64,000 bases of DNA, from contig CAITUV010000019.1 of NCBI GenBank assembly GCA_903895725.1, positions 36,368 through 100,367 on the forward strand. The letters are read 5' to 3'. This document shows, in pieces, positions 1-8,857 of this stretch. Each line of letters begins with the position of its first letter. The stretch's first letter is position 1. The notes below the pieces were generated by a model. It worked only from the letters and a program-made list of their open reading frames with translations. It made no database searches and was not told the origin of the DNA. The stretch is from an uncultured Myxococcales bacterium. GTDB lineage: Bacteria > Myxococcota_A > UBA9042 > CAIXZC01. Made by a program: the position numbers and the translations under genes.

Positions 1-684
1 ACGGACCGGATCGACCGGATTCCCCCCTGGGCCACCGCCACCAAGGCCCCGGTGTCGTTCCGGTTTCCCAACTTCATCGCTCCCCATCCGGACGACCGGG
101 AGCGCCTGGGTCGCCACTTCGAGTTCACCCGCGATGGTACCGAGCTGGTATTTCGACTCCATCCGCTGGGGGGGTCGGGGCTGGTGGATTCCACCCTCCC
201 CTTCCTCGGAGTCCCTGCCGACCTGCTGCGCAAGTATGCCATGCTCTGGTTTGCCAACGGAGGCATTGCCCCGGTTCCCACGGCAGGATTCGAGGGCGAG
301 CTTCTCCCGGATTCTGCGACGAAAGTCGAGGTCCTGGATCTGTCCGAGGCGGGAGATCGCCTGGTTCTGCGACGCTCCGGAGGGGCAGCGTCTGCCCCGG
401 TCTACGTCAAGATCCCCTGGCACCCGCACTGGGAAGCGCAGGAGGAGGGCGGAGTTGCGCTCCCCCTCTACCGGGCTGGGCTCGGCATGCTGGTGCTTGC
501 CCCGCTCGGGACTTGGACGCTAGAATACCGGCCCGGCTGGTGCGATGTCGTCGGGAGGGCCCTGACGCTGCTCGCACTGGCCGCTCTGGCGGTGTTCGGC
601 ATGGTCCTCATCCGGCATCACATCGTGAACGACCTGAAGCGGCCACCTGAGGTCCCCGTGGCCCCCGGCGGAGGCAGCTCATGA
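1..684 (+). CDS. 3' part of a membrane protein (YfhO-like C-terminus); starts upstream of the window
   Basis: Frame is open from base 1; PWHPHW...W.LEY.P segment followed by a C-terminal TM helix; stop overlaps the smpB start (ATGA). Confidence 0.6.
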   Translation, partial: TDRIDRIPPWATATKAPVSFRFPNFIAPHPDDRERLGRHFEFTRDGTELVFRLHPLGGSGLVDSTLPFLGVPADLLRKYAMLWFANGGIAPVPTAGFEGELLPDSATKVEVLDLSEAGDRLVLRRSGGAASAPVYVKIPWHPHWEAQEEGGVALPLYRAGLGMLVLAPLGTWTLEYRPGWCDVVGRALTLLALAALAVFGMVLIRHHIVNDLKRPPEVPVAPGGGSS

Positions 685-1139
685 CCGCGGACAAGCTGGT
701 CGTCCGCAATCGGCGGGCGACGTTCGACTATGAGATCGAAGAGCGCTTCGAGGCGGGCCTCGTGCTCACCGGGAGCGAGGTGAAGTCGCTTCGTGACGGC
801 AAGGCCAGTCTTGCCGAGGCGTTCGTCCAGGAGGACGACGGAGAGCTCTACCTGGTCCAGTGCCACATCGCCCAGTATCCGTTTGCCAACATCCTCAATC
901 ACGACCCGCTCCGGAAGCGCAAGCTGCTCCTCCATGCGGAGGAGATTCGCCGGATCATCCGACGGATCACGGAGAAGGGCTTCACTGCGGTCCCCATCAG
1001 CGTTTACTTCAAGAACGGGAAGGCCAAGGTGGAGGTCGGGCTTGCCCGCGGCAAAAAGCAGGCCGACAAGCGGGAGGACATCAAGAAGCGGGATGCCGAG
1101 CGGGATGCACGCCGGGAGCTCCGGGAACGAAACCGATGA
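681..1139 (+). CDS. smpB: SsrA-binding protein SmpB
   Basis: NRRATFDY, EAGLVLTGSEVKSLR, RKRKLLLH, GKKQADKRE motifs; 152 aa. Confidence 0.97.
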   Translation: MTADKLVVRNRRATFDYEIEERFEAGLVLTGSEVKSLRDGKASLAEAFVQEDDGELYLVQCHIAQYPFANILNHDPLRKRKLLLHAEEIRRIIRRITEKGFTAVPISVYFKNGKAKVEVGLARGKKQADKREDIKKRDAERDARRELRERNR

Positions 1140-1176
1140 GGGGCTCGGTTCCTGGATGCCAGTGGGGGAAGGGGCG

Positions 1177-2913
1177 ATGACGGACCGTTCGACATTGGCG
1201 GTGCAGAAGGCGCTGGTCGCTCACCTCAAGCGCCGGCTCAAGCAGCACATTCCCCAGACCCCCGAGCTCGACCGGTACTACGAGGAGTTCCGACGAGAGC
1301 TCACGGACTTCGGGGTGCCGTCCTGGCCGGGAGAGCTCCTCGCCGCTCTCGGTGCGGCACAGGTCGCGTACGTCGGGGACTTCCACACTCACGTTCAGTC
1401 GCAGAAGCTGGTGGACCGCCTGCTCACCATGCTCCATGACGAGCACCGCGCCTCCATCGCCCGGGACCCGAGCCGCCCTCCCCCGCACCGGGTCAACGTG
1501 CTGGCCATGGAGGCGTTCCTGTCGCGGCACCAGCCCCACCTGGACCGGTTCATGGCCGGCGAGTGCACGTCGGATGAGCTGCTGGAGCTGGTCCGCTGGG
1601 ATCGGACCTGGGGCTTTCCCGCTGCCGGCTACCTTCGCATCCTCGAGACCTGCCGCGACCTGGGAATCCGAGTCGTGGGAATCAACAGCACGGCCCGGGG
1701 TGAACGGACGCTCCATCGCCGAGACCGTCATGCCGCCCGGATCATCGCCCGCCTGCACAAGGAGAACCCCCACGGCCTGGTGATGGTCTTCATTGGAGAC
1801 CTTCACGTGGCCGTCGAGCACCTGCCCGCACGCGTCCTCGAGCAGCTCGCACGCAGAAACCGGACCATCCAGGACTGCATCGTCTACGTGAATCCGGAAA
1901 GCGTCTTCTGGGCACTGGCCGAGAGCGGGCTCGACTACATCGTCAACATCGTCAAGATCACGCACCGGCAGTTCTGCGTGATCAACTCCACGCCGGTGGC
2001 CCGCTATGATTCCTACCTGCGCTTCGTCGAGGGGGTCATCGAAGAAGACGACCCCGACGACTTCGCCCCGGCCTCGGCCGACGTGGCCGACTACATCCGG
2101 GAGCTGGCCGGGCGAATCGGCCGCTTCCTCCAACTGAGCCGTTTGTCGCTTCCCGATGTCGACATCGTCGTCTGGCAGAACCCGGACGAGACTGCCCAGC
2201 AGCTCGCCACACGACTGGACGCCCCAGCCGACAGCCCCGCCCGCGTGAGGGCGGCCTCCCTGGCCCGACATCCGCTGGCCATCACCGACAGCAGCCTCCT
2301 CATCCACTCCTTCACGCTCAACGATGCCGCAGATGCAGCGGCGCGTCTCGTGCTCCAGGCGGGCGGGTGGCGCCAACGCTTCCTTCCGGCCGGCCGCTCC
2401 TTCTTCGGCGACGCGCTGTTCGAGGCGCTGGCCTATTTCGCATCCAAGGTGATCAACCCCAAGCGGGCCTGCAAGAAGGAGGACGATCTCCGTCAGTGGG
2501 CGAAGCAGTCGCACTCATCCCGCCGAGTCCGCAAGGCCGTCAACGTCGGCGCCATCGAGCGCTTCGTCCTTCCGCATCTTTCGCTTCTGGCGACCCTCGG
2601 GGGGGACTCGACCAACGTGCCCCTGCCCACTCTGCCAGCCCCCCGCGGGCTCACGCTGCCCGCCCGCATGGAGGTGACCCGAGTCATCGGCCATCGGCTC
2701 GGAGAGAAGCTCTTCTACTATGCGCACGTCGGCCTTCCATCCCGCGTGGCCACCCGCCGGAGCCGTGACCGGTATCTCGACCGGGCGACCCTCTCCCGCA
2801 CCTTCCGGCAGCCTCCGCCAACCGAAGCCGACGCACGGCGCCTCTATCTCGAGCTGTGGAAGAGCGCGGCCCAGGTCCAGGAGCACCACGATACGCGGGC
2901 AAAGTGGCTGTAG
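1177..2913 (+). CDS. ChaN/Tiki/EreA-fold protein with long C-terminal extension
   Basis: YVGDFH, LAMEAF, WGF...Y..I, RD..AA, FIGDLHV motifs typical of the ChaN family; start set at ATG 1177 (upstream ORF part overlaps smpB). Confidence 0.65.
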   Translation: MTDRSTLAVQKALVAHLKRRLKQHIPQTPELDRYYEEFRRELTDFGVPSWPGELLAALGAAQVAYVGDFHTHVQSQKLVDRLLTMLHDEHRASIARDPSRPPPHRVNVLAMEAFLSRHQPHLDRFMAGECTSDELLELVRWDRTWGFPAAGYLRILETCRDLGIRVVGINSTARGERTLHRRDRHAARIIARLHKENPHGLVMVFIGDLHVAVEHLPARVLEQLARRNRTIQDCIVYVNPESVFWALAESGLDYIVNIVKITHRQFCVINSTPVARYDSYLRFVEGVIEEDDPDDFAPASADVADYIRELAGRIGRFLQLSRLSLPDVDIVVWQNPDETAQQLATRLDAPADSPARVRAASLARHPLAITDSSLLIHSFTLNDAADAAARLVLQAGGWRQRFLPAGRSFFGDALFEALAYFASKVINPKRACKKEDDLRQWAKQSHSSRRVRKAVNVGAIERFVLPHLSLLATLGGDSTNVPLPTLPAPRGLTLPARMEVTRVIGHRLGEKLFYYAHVGLPSRVATRRSRDRYLDRATLSRTFRQPPPTEADARRLYLELWKSAAQVQEHHDTRAKWL

Positions 2914-2925
2914 GCCGGATGGTCC

Positions 2926-3015
2926 TGGCCTGCCTGACGGCTTGCGAGGTGGCGTCGCCTGCTGTCGGCATGGCCTCCCTGACGGCATGAGAGGGTGCGG
3001 CACCTGCCGTCGGTG
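2926..3015. repeat. Imperfect 45-bp tandem duplication
   Basis: 2926-2970 vs 2971-3015, 35/45 identical. Confidence 0.75.
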
Positions 3016-3392
3016 CGGCCTGCAGATGTGCCGCCGCAGAATGCATGGAGGACGCATCGGCTGAACTGTGCGCCTGTCAAGTCATGGGGATTCCCACTGC
3101 CGTGCTTGTAGCCTCCCTCGGGAGGCGCGAGACCGCCGAAGCCTCCTGTCCTTGGAGGCCCGAAGAGCGAAGTAGGATGGCGAAGTCGGGCGAGCGGTGG
3201 GGCTGCTCGTTTCGCCAGAATCGCTGGCAGTCGGTCGGCCAACGATTCCGGGGAAGCGAGCAGGCCCCCTCGGCCCCGCCGGCCGGTGCCGGCGGGGATC
3301 CTCCCCCAGAGGGGGAAGCCAATGACGGCATTGCCCGCGGCAACGGGTGTGCTGGCGCACAGGGTAGCCGATCTGACGCAGTCGCCTCAAGC

Positions 3393-3560
3393 GCCTCGGC
3401 CGTCGGGTTGCCCGCACCCAGTGTCCCTCTCGCCGCCTCGGCCGCCAGGTTGCCCGCACCCACTGTCCGTCTCGAAGCATCGGCCGTCCGGTTGCCCGTA
3501 CCAACGGCTCAAGGCGATGCATCGGCCCTCGGGTTGCCCGCACCGACGTCACATCTCCAG
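3393..3560. repeat. 4 x 42-bp imperfect tandem repeat
   Basis: Units at 3393, 3435, 3477, 3519; conserved GCMTCGGCC...GGTTGCCCGYACC part plus a ~15-bp variable part. Confidence 0.9.
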
Positions 3561-3755
3561 GACACAGGCCTTGCAATGCAAACCCGGGCATGCGCCATAA
3601 CCCACCTGGGAATCTCAGATGGGCCGCTTTCCGGGCCTTTGCGCATAACCCCGAGTTGTCGGCTGGAGTTGGCGGGGATAGGCCCCGGTTGCGCCGGCTG
3701 ATGTCACAAAGATGGCACAGGGGTGGCGACAACAACGGGCCCCCAATTGGCACTG

Positions 3756-5894
3756 TCAGCCGCACTTGGCGGCGCAGTACTTGATGGCCTCGCTTGCGCA
3801 AGTAGTATCCCAGATAACGTTGCAGCAGAACACGTCCATCGCGCAGACGCAGATCTCGATGGTGTGGTCGGCGCATCCGACTGAGCCGTTGGCAATGCAA
3901 CAGTCTCCCCCGCAGGAGCCGCAGAGGTCACTTTCTTTGGCGCATACCTCGTCCCACTGTTTGTCGCAGCAGAACTGGTCCATGAAACAAACGCAGTCCT
4001 GAACCGATGCGTTCCCACACCCCTTGCCGAAATGGGCGATGCAACAACTCGGATTCTGGCAGACCCCGCAGTCCAGCCCACAGGAGCTGCAGTTCTCCTC
4101 GCCATTGCATTTTCCGTCACCGCACGCAGTACAGCCACAATCTGCGGGGCAGATGACGCAGTCCTCGCCAGTATCGCAGCTTCCATCCCCGCACCACGGA
4201 ACGTACTTGCAGGTTCCTTCAGAGCACTCGTAGTGCGGCTCGCAATCACCGCATGTTCCCCCGCATCCGTCCTCTCCGCACTGCTTGCCATCGCACTTCG
4301 GTTGGCACGCTGTGCACTCCCCCATGCTGCAGAACTTCCCCGCCTTGGCGCAGTCGGTTCCCCCCGATACCGGGCCGAGGCCCAGAGCATCGCACGCGGT
4401 GGCAACCTCGCCGGAGCACACCAGGCTGTTGGGTGTGCACTGCCAGGGCAGGCACTGACCGTCCTTGCAGGAGTGCTGAGGCGAGCAGTCTTCCGTCGTT
4501 GAGGAAAGGCCATCCGCGGAGCAGTGCCCGAGCGAGTCGCCATCGACACAGAAGTTGGTGGATGGGGAGCACGCAAGGTCCAGGCACTTGCCGTCGCTGC
4601 ACACCTTCTGCTGCGTCTTGCAGTTCGTCTGGCTGGCATAGCCGCTGCCGAGGCTGTTGCAGACGTTGGCCATGTCCCCCACGCAGGCCGCCTTGCTCGG
4701 CTCGCAGACCCAGGCCTTGCACTCGCCGGACAGGCAGAACTGCTGGGCATCGCACGGCTTTGTCGAGTAGTTCATTCCGTCGTTGAGACAGGTGGCCGCG
4801 GTCACGTTGTCAGCGCAGAACTTCTCGTTCGGCACGCAGACCGTGTCAATGCAGGCACCGTTGAAGCAATGCTGCTTCTTGGCCTGGCAGTCCTCCTGGT
4901 ACTGGACGGAAAGACCGTCGCCGGAGCAGACCTTGTAGACTTCGCCTGTGCAGAACACGCTGCCCGGCTCGCAGAGCCACGCAACACAGTCTCCCCCAAG
5001 ACAGGACTGTTGGGCGGAGCAAGGCTCCTGGACAACGTCCAGGCAGTTCTCCGCACATTCGCCGACCGTTGACCCATCGAAACACGACCTGGCGCCAGGT
5101 ACACACGAACAGGCGACGCAGCCATCAACCATGCAGAACTGGTCCAAGGCGGCGCAATCGGTCTCAGACTCGACCGACTTGCCGTCTGCGGAGCAGACCT
5201 TCAGAGTGTTCTCCTCGCACCACACGGCTCCGGGGTCACACGCCAGATCGTGACAGGCTCCGTCCTCGCAGAATTGAGATGCACCGCACGTCTGCGAAAC
5301 GGCCTCCCCGCTGCCATCCTCCTTGCACGTCACCACGTCGAGCCCGTCGCATCGTGATTCCCCGCCGGTACAGACCTCCGAAAGGCAGTAGTGCTCGAGG
5401 CAGAATTCGTCCTCCTCGCAGTCCGTGGAGGCGAAGCACTCGACGCACAGGCCCCGCTCCTTGTCACAAAGCAGCCAGTGCTTCTTGCAATCCTTGTCCG
5501 ACGTACACGGGATGGCCTCGTGGCATGCGTGGTCGGCACCACAGGTCTTGCCCTCATCGCAGTCCTCGTTGCCGATGCAGACCACGCACAGCCCCGAATC
5601 GGGTTCGCACAACAGGTCGCCCGGACAGTCCTTGGTCGACTTGCACGGGAACGCCTCGCACTTGCCTTCGGCGCTGCACTGTTCCATGAGCATGAGGCAC
5701 TGGCCGCATTCGCCGCCGCAGCCGTCGTCGCCGCACTCCTTGCCCTCGCAGACCGGAACGCAGGCATCACCCGAGGCGTCGCCACCGCCGCTCTTGTCCC
5801 CCACGACATCCTGCGGTTCGATCTTGCCGCCATTGACGCTGCCGGAACAAGCCAGCATCAGCGCTGCCAGGGCCAATGCAATCGACCTGACCAT
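3756..5894 (-). CDS. Cysteine-rich repeat lipoprotein
   Basis: Lipobox MLAC-SG after a hydrophobic signal; GGAGG RBS; many CxxxxxC repeats, CGDDGCGG and CGDGxC motifs. Confidence 0.85.
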   Translation of the reverse strand: MVRSIALALAALMLACSGSVNGGKIEPQDVVGDKSGGGDASGDACVPVCEGKECGDDGCGGECGQCLMLMEQCSAEGKCEAFPCKSTKDCPGDLLCEPDSGLCVVCIGNEDCDEGKTCGADHACHEAIPCTSDKDCKKHWLLCDKERGLCVECFASTDCEEDEFCLEHYCLSEVCTGGESRCDGLDVVTCKEDGSGEAVSQTCGASQFCEDGACHDLACDPGAVWCEENTLKVCSADGKSVESETDCAALDQFCMVDGCVACSCVPGARSCFDGSTVGECAENCLDVVQEPCSAQQSCLGGDCVAWLCEPGSVFCTGEVYKVCSGDGLSVQYQEDCQAKKQHCFNGACIDTVCVPNEKFCADNVTAATCLNDGMNYSTKPCDAQQFCLSGECKAWVCEPSKAACVGDMANVCNSLGSGYASQTNCKTQQKVCSDGKCLDLACSPSTNFCVDGDSLGHCSADGLSSTTEDCSPQHSCKDGQCLPWQCTPNSLVCSGEVATACDALGLGPVSGGTDCAKAGKFCSMGECTACQPKCDGKQCGEDGCGGTCGDCEPHYECSEGTCKYVPWCGDGSCDTGEDCVICPADCGCTACGDGKCNGEENCSSCGLDCGVCQNPSCCIAHFGKGCGNASVQDCVCFMDQFCCDKQWDEVCAKESDLCGSCGGDCCIANGSVGCADHTIEICVCAMDVFCCNVIWDTTCASEAIKYCAAKCG

Positions 5895-6060
5895 GATCAT
5901 GCCTCCACAACGGACGTCCAGTGCGTTTCCGCTGCGATGATAGTACATCGGGTGCGGGGAGTTGGCCAGCGGGAAGGCGAGGAGCTCCGGGGTGCCACGC
6001 GATGCGGTTCCACGTCCAGTCGCCGGTCTACGCTGCCCAGCATTCACGGGGTACGGGACA

Positions 6061-6948
6061 CTACCGCCGCCCGTGGGCCTTGCAGATGCAGCACGAGCAG
6101 CGTCTCGACCCGGTGAAGTGCCGCAGACCCACGAGCTTCCCTCGACTGCGGTCGACCCGAGGCTCGAACCGATTCCAGAGATCCACTTCGCTGTTCTCGA
6201 TCTTCCTGCGCAGGGCGTAGGCAGCAAGATCGGCCATCTGGATCATGGCGGTCAGGCCGCTGTCCACGAACAGCGGCGTTTCCACGATGTTGTGGATCTT
6301 CTTCCAGAAGGTGCCGAACCGATGGAACTCCCTGGCCATGTGGGTGAGCCGGGTTGCCACCTTCTCGTTGTTGTCGTGCACGACGATGCCGGTTGCTCGA
6401 CGACGCTCCAGGAACGACTGGAAGCGCGTGAGCACCTGCTCGAACGCCGCCTCGTACAGAGACAGCCCACGCCGGTTGGCGAAATCCGACTTGGAGACCG
6501 CCTCTGCGAAGATGCGGGCATCGTCCCACTGGCCGATCTGCGATGCCAGACGGTCGAGACAGTCCAGCCGCTCGCTCCGTAGCAGGTGCAGGTACGGCTC
6601 CGTGGCACGACAGTACCGGCGGTAGGCCTTCAGCTTCTCCGGCGCCCCCTGGATTCCGAGCACACCGGCGTGCGCAGCGCGTTCCTTCTTTGCCGCGGCC
6701 ACCCTGCCTCCGGAGTCCAGATCCGGCAACCCCTCCACCTTCTCCTGGTCCACGTATCGGCGAGCCATCCAGGCCGTGTGGATTTCGACGCCCTCCAGGT
6801 GGAACTCGCGCTTCACCGCCTCCAGAGCGTGGTCGTGTTCCTTCCACCGCTCTGCACGGATCGCGAGGCCGAGAAGAACGAAGTGGTCGGTCCCTCCGCT
6901 CCCCTCCTCGACTCCCGATTCGTCGACGTACAGGATGTACAAGGGCAC
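6061..6948 (-). CDS. DUF3800 domain protein (RNase H-like fold) with C-terminal Cys/His tail
   Basis: N-terminal YILYVDESG, HFVLLGL, EIH, VHD, FVDS..T..IQMADLAAY; start GTG 6948 or TTG 6942. Confidence 0.88.
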   Translation of the reverse strand: MPLYILYVDESGVEEGSGGTDHFVLLGLAIRAERWKEHDHALEAVKREFHLEGVEIHTAWMARRYVDQEKVEGLPDLDSGGRVAAAKKERAAHAGVLGIQGAPEKLKAYRRYCRATEPYLHLLRSERLDCLDRLASQIGQWDDARIFAEAVSKSDFANRRGLSLYEAAFEQVLTRFQSFLERRRATGIVVHDNNEKVATRLTHMAREFHRFGTFWKKIHNIVETPLFVDSGLTAMIQMADLAAYALRRKIENSEVDLWNRFEPRVDRSRGKLVGLRHFTGSRRCSCCICKAHGRR

Positions 6949-6963
6949 CCCTTAAATGACAAC

Positions 6964-7026
6964 GGCGTCTGGGGCGGAACCCAGAGGCTCCGAAGGAGTC
7001 GCATGGCGTCTCCTTCCCCAGTCGCC
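6964..7026 (-). ncRNA. Candidate DUF3800-associated structured RNA (three-way junction, 63 nt)
   Basis: P1 GGCGACUGGGG/CCCCAGACGCC, P2 AAGGAGACGC-CAU-GCGACUCCUU, P3 CGGAGCC-UCUG-GGUUCCG; no unpaired junction bases; begins at the predicted TSS. Confidence 0.7.
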
Positions 7027-7032
7027 GAAGGT

Positions 7033-7060
7033 AGAATACCATCCCCGCCGCGCATGTAAA
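7033..7060 (-). promoter_or_regulatory. sigma70-type promoter for RNA + DUF3800
   Basis: TTTACA-N16-TATTCT with TG extension; predicted +1 near 7026. Confidence 0.6.
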
Positions 7061-7114
7061 GCCCTTTCTTCGAGCCTCCGCCGCCCTCCCGCCCCACATT
7101 CCGCCTCTCCCCGC

Positions 7115-7187
7115 TTGACAAAACCATGCAGTTCTGGCATAAAGTATAGTCAGTAGTTGCTAGCAATTACACTATGACAACTGACTA
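7115..7187 (+). promoter_or_regulatory. Promoter and operator-like inverted repeats upstream of the excisionase
   Basis: TTGACA at 7115; near-palindrome GTAGTTGCTAGCAATTAC 7153-7170; TAGTCAGT (7147) / ACTGACTA (7180) inverted pair. Confidence 0.5.
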
Positions 7188-7200
7188 AAGGACATTGAAC

Positions 7201-7431
7201 ATGACCGACGCTAAGCATCACCGACTGATTTCGGTGCAGGACGCAGCAAGGCTGCTGGGAGTTAGCGAGTGGACGATGTACCGCTGGGCAGGCAAGGGAG
7301 GGCGGATAGCCTCGTACAAGCTGGGCCGGCGCAGGGTCGTCTCGACCGCGGACCTGGGACGGTTCCTCCGGGAATGCCGGGAGGAGCCGGGACTCAGGAA
7401 AGGGGCAGGTCGCCCGGGAGGGCGGAAATGA
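7201..7431 (+). CDS. Excisionase-like HTH_17 DNA-binding protein
   Basis: LISVQDAARLLGVSEWTMYRW...IASYKLGRRRVV..DL..FL pattern; AAGGA RBS; upstream of integrase. Confidence 0.88.
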   Translation: MTDAKHHRLISVQDAARLLGVSEWTMYRWAGKGGRIASYKLGRRRVVSTADLGRFLRECREEPGLRKGAGRPGGRK

Positions 7432-7481
7432 AGGCAAGGCTAGCTGTACTAGTGATACACCTCATACCAATCAAGAATCGG

Positions 7482-7510
7482 TTGACAAGAAGAGTCAGTC
7501 ATGGTATGCA
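7482..7510 (+). promoter_or_regulatory. Putative integrase promoter
   Basis: TTGACA-N17-TATGCA. Confidence 0.45.
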
Positions 7511-7614
7511 AGGGAGAGCAGCCGGGCTGGCGGGGCTGGCCGGACCGGACAAGCGGCTCTTTGACAACCAGGGGGATGGCGCATGCCCCTCAGACGACGT
7601 GAGGAGGTAGGGGC

Positions 7615-8787
7615 ATGAAAGTGATCAAGAGGGGCAGCACTTACTGCATCGACTACCGAGACCCGACTGGACGGAGGGTGCGCAGGGCTATCGGCCCGGA
7701 CCGAAAGGTGGCCGAGGCGGCGCTCGCCAAGGTCAGGGTCCAGATTGCCGAGGGCAGATTCCTGGACAAGGCGGAGAAGCCCGAAGAAGTCGCGTTTTTC
7801 GAGATGAGGCGGCGGTTTCTCGACTGGGGCAAGGGGAACAAGCGCTCCTGGTCCCGCGACGAGCTTTGCCTGCGCCATTTGGGCGATTTCTTCGGGGAGC
7901 GCCCCCTGAGCGAGGTGTCGAGCTTCCTCGTCGAGCAATACAAGCGCAGCCGACAGGCGAAGGTGTCCGCACGCACGATCAACATCGAGCTTGCCTGCCT
8001 GCGCAACCTGTTCAACCGGGCGATTGCCTGGGGACTGGCCCGGGACAACCCGGTCCGGAACGTGAAGTTCTTCCGGGAGGACAACTCCCGGGTGCGATAC
8101 CTGACCCCGGACGAGGCCCGGTGCCTGCTGGGGCACTGCCCGGGAAACATCCGCCCGCTCGTCGTCCTGGCACTGCACACCGGGATGCGAAAGGGGGAGT
8201 TGCTGGGCCTGCGCTGGGAGGACATCGACTTCGCGTCGCGGACGATCCACCTTCGACACACGAAGAACGGACGACCCCGCGACGTGCCGATGACCGAGAC
8301 CGTCGCTCGGATGCTGCTGGAGATGAAAGCCGTCACGCCCGGGAAAGCGCTGTTCTACACCGCAATCGGCAGGAAACGACCGCTGCGGGACTTCAGGACC
8401 GCATGGCAACGGGCGCTGCGGCTCGCAGGAATCTGGGACTTCCGGTTTCACGACTTGCGGCACACGACGGCCTCGACCCTGGCGATGGCCGGGGTGGACA
8501 TGCGGACGATCCAGGAGATCCTGGGTCACCGGTCGCCCGCCATGACTCAGCGCTACGCGCACCTGTCGCCCGAGCACCAGACGCGGGCGATATCGAAGCT
8601 GGACGAGGTGATGGCCGTGGGGGACGTCGGGCACCAGCACAGCCACGGGCAGCAGCACACACACCACCCGGAGCGTGAGCGACGGGCCGCGTCGCACAAG
8701 CAAGGCAGCGGCCAGGGGCACGGGCACCACGGCGAGCAGGTTATCCGGAAAACGGGACGGAAACCTCGCGTGTGCGCGCCTTGTTAG
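7615..8787 (+). CDS. int: Tyrosine recombinase / phage-type integrase
   Basis: N-terminal arm-binding region, SAM-like core, HTGMRKGELLGLRW, TKNG, FHDLRHT, ILGH, TQRYAH: full catalytic R-K-H-R-H-Y set. Confidence 0.95.
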   Translation: MKVIKRGSTYCIDYRDPTGRRVRRAIGPDRKVAEAALAKVRVQIAEGRFLDKAEKPEEVAFFEMRRRFLDWGKGNKRSWSRDELCLRHLGDFFGERPLSEVSSFLVEQYKRSRQAKVSARTINIELACLRNLFNRAIAWGLARDNPVRNVKFFREDNSRVRYLTPDEARCLLGHCPGNIRPLVVLALHTGMRKGELLGLRWEDIDFASRTIHLRHTKNGRPRDVPMTETVARMLLEMKAVTPGKALFYTAIGRKRPLRDFRTAWQRALRLAGIWDFRFHDLRHTTASTLAMAGVDMRTIQEILGHRSPAMTQRYAHLSPEHQTRAISKLDEVMAVGDVGHQHSHGQQHTHHPERERRAASHKQGSGQGHGHHGEQVIRKTGRKPRVCAPC

Positions 8788-8840
8788 AGCGCTTCCTGGC
8801 GCAGACGCATCGAAAACGGCTCTCACTCTTGTGGCAGTTG

Positions 8841-8857
8841 GGCACAAATCCGGCACA
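8841..8857 (+). repeat. GGCACA-N5-GGCACA direct repeat, putative integrase arm-type site
   Basis: GGCACAAATCCGGCACA downstream of int; more GGCAC copies at 8630, 8717, 8723. Confidence 0.5.

Noticed and set aside
793..1176. N-terminal extension of the 706-aa ORF
   Set aside because: Out-of-frame overlap with smpB, low-complexity translation; better start at 1177
2914..3400. tmRNA (ssrA) near smpB or as the integrase target
   Set aside because: No tmRNA 5' GGGG...GATTCGAC or 3' T-arm/CCA sequence found
3393..3560. CRISPR array
   Set aside because: Variable parts are only ~15 bp, repeats are degenerate with an exact 42-bp period, and there are no cas genes
6016..6025. CCAGTCGCCG matching 7018-7027, a possible direct repeat flanking DUF3800
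   Set aside because: A 10-bp GC-rich match is plausible by chance
6964..7026. tRNA or tRNA-Met mimic (CAU loop)
   Set aside because: Three-nt loop, no T-loop consensus, no CCA end
7428..7610. 60-aa ORF between xis and int (ATGA overlap with xis)
   Set aside because: No recognisable motif and it overlaps a likely promoter; cannot be supported, though not excluded
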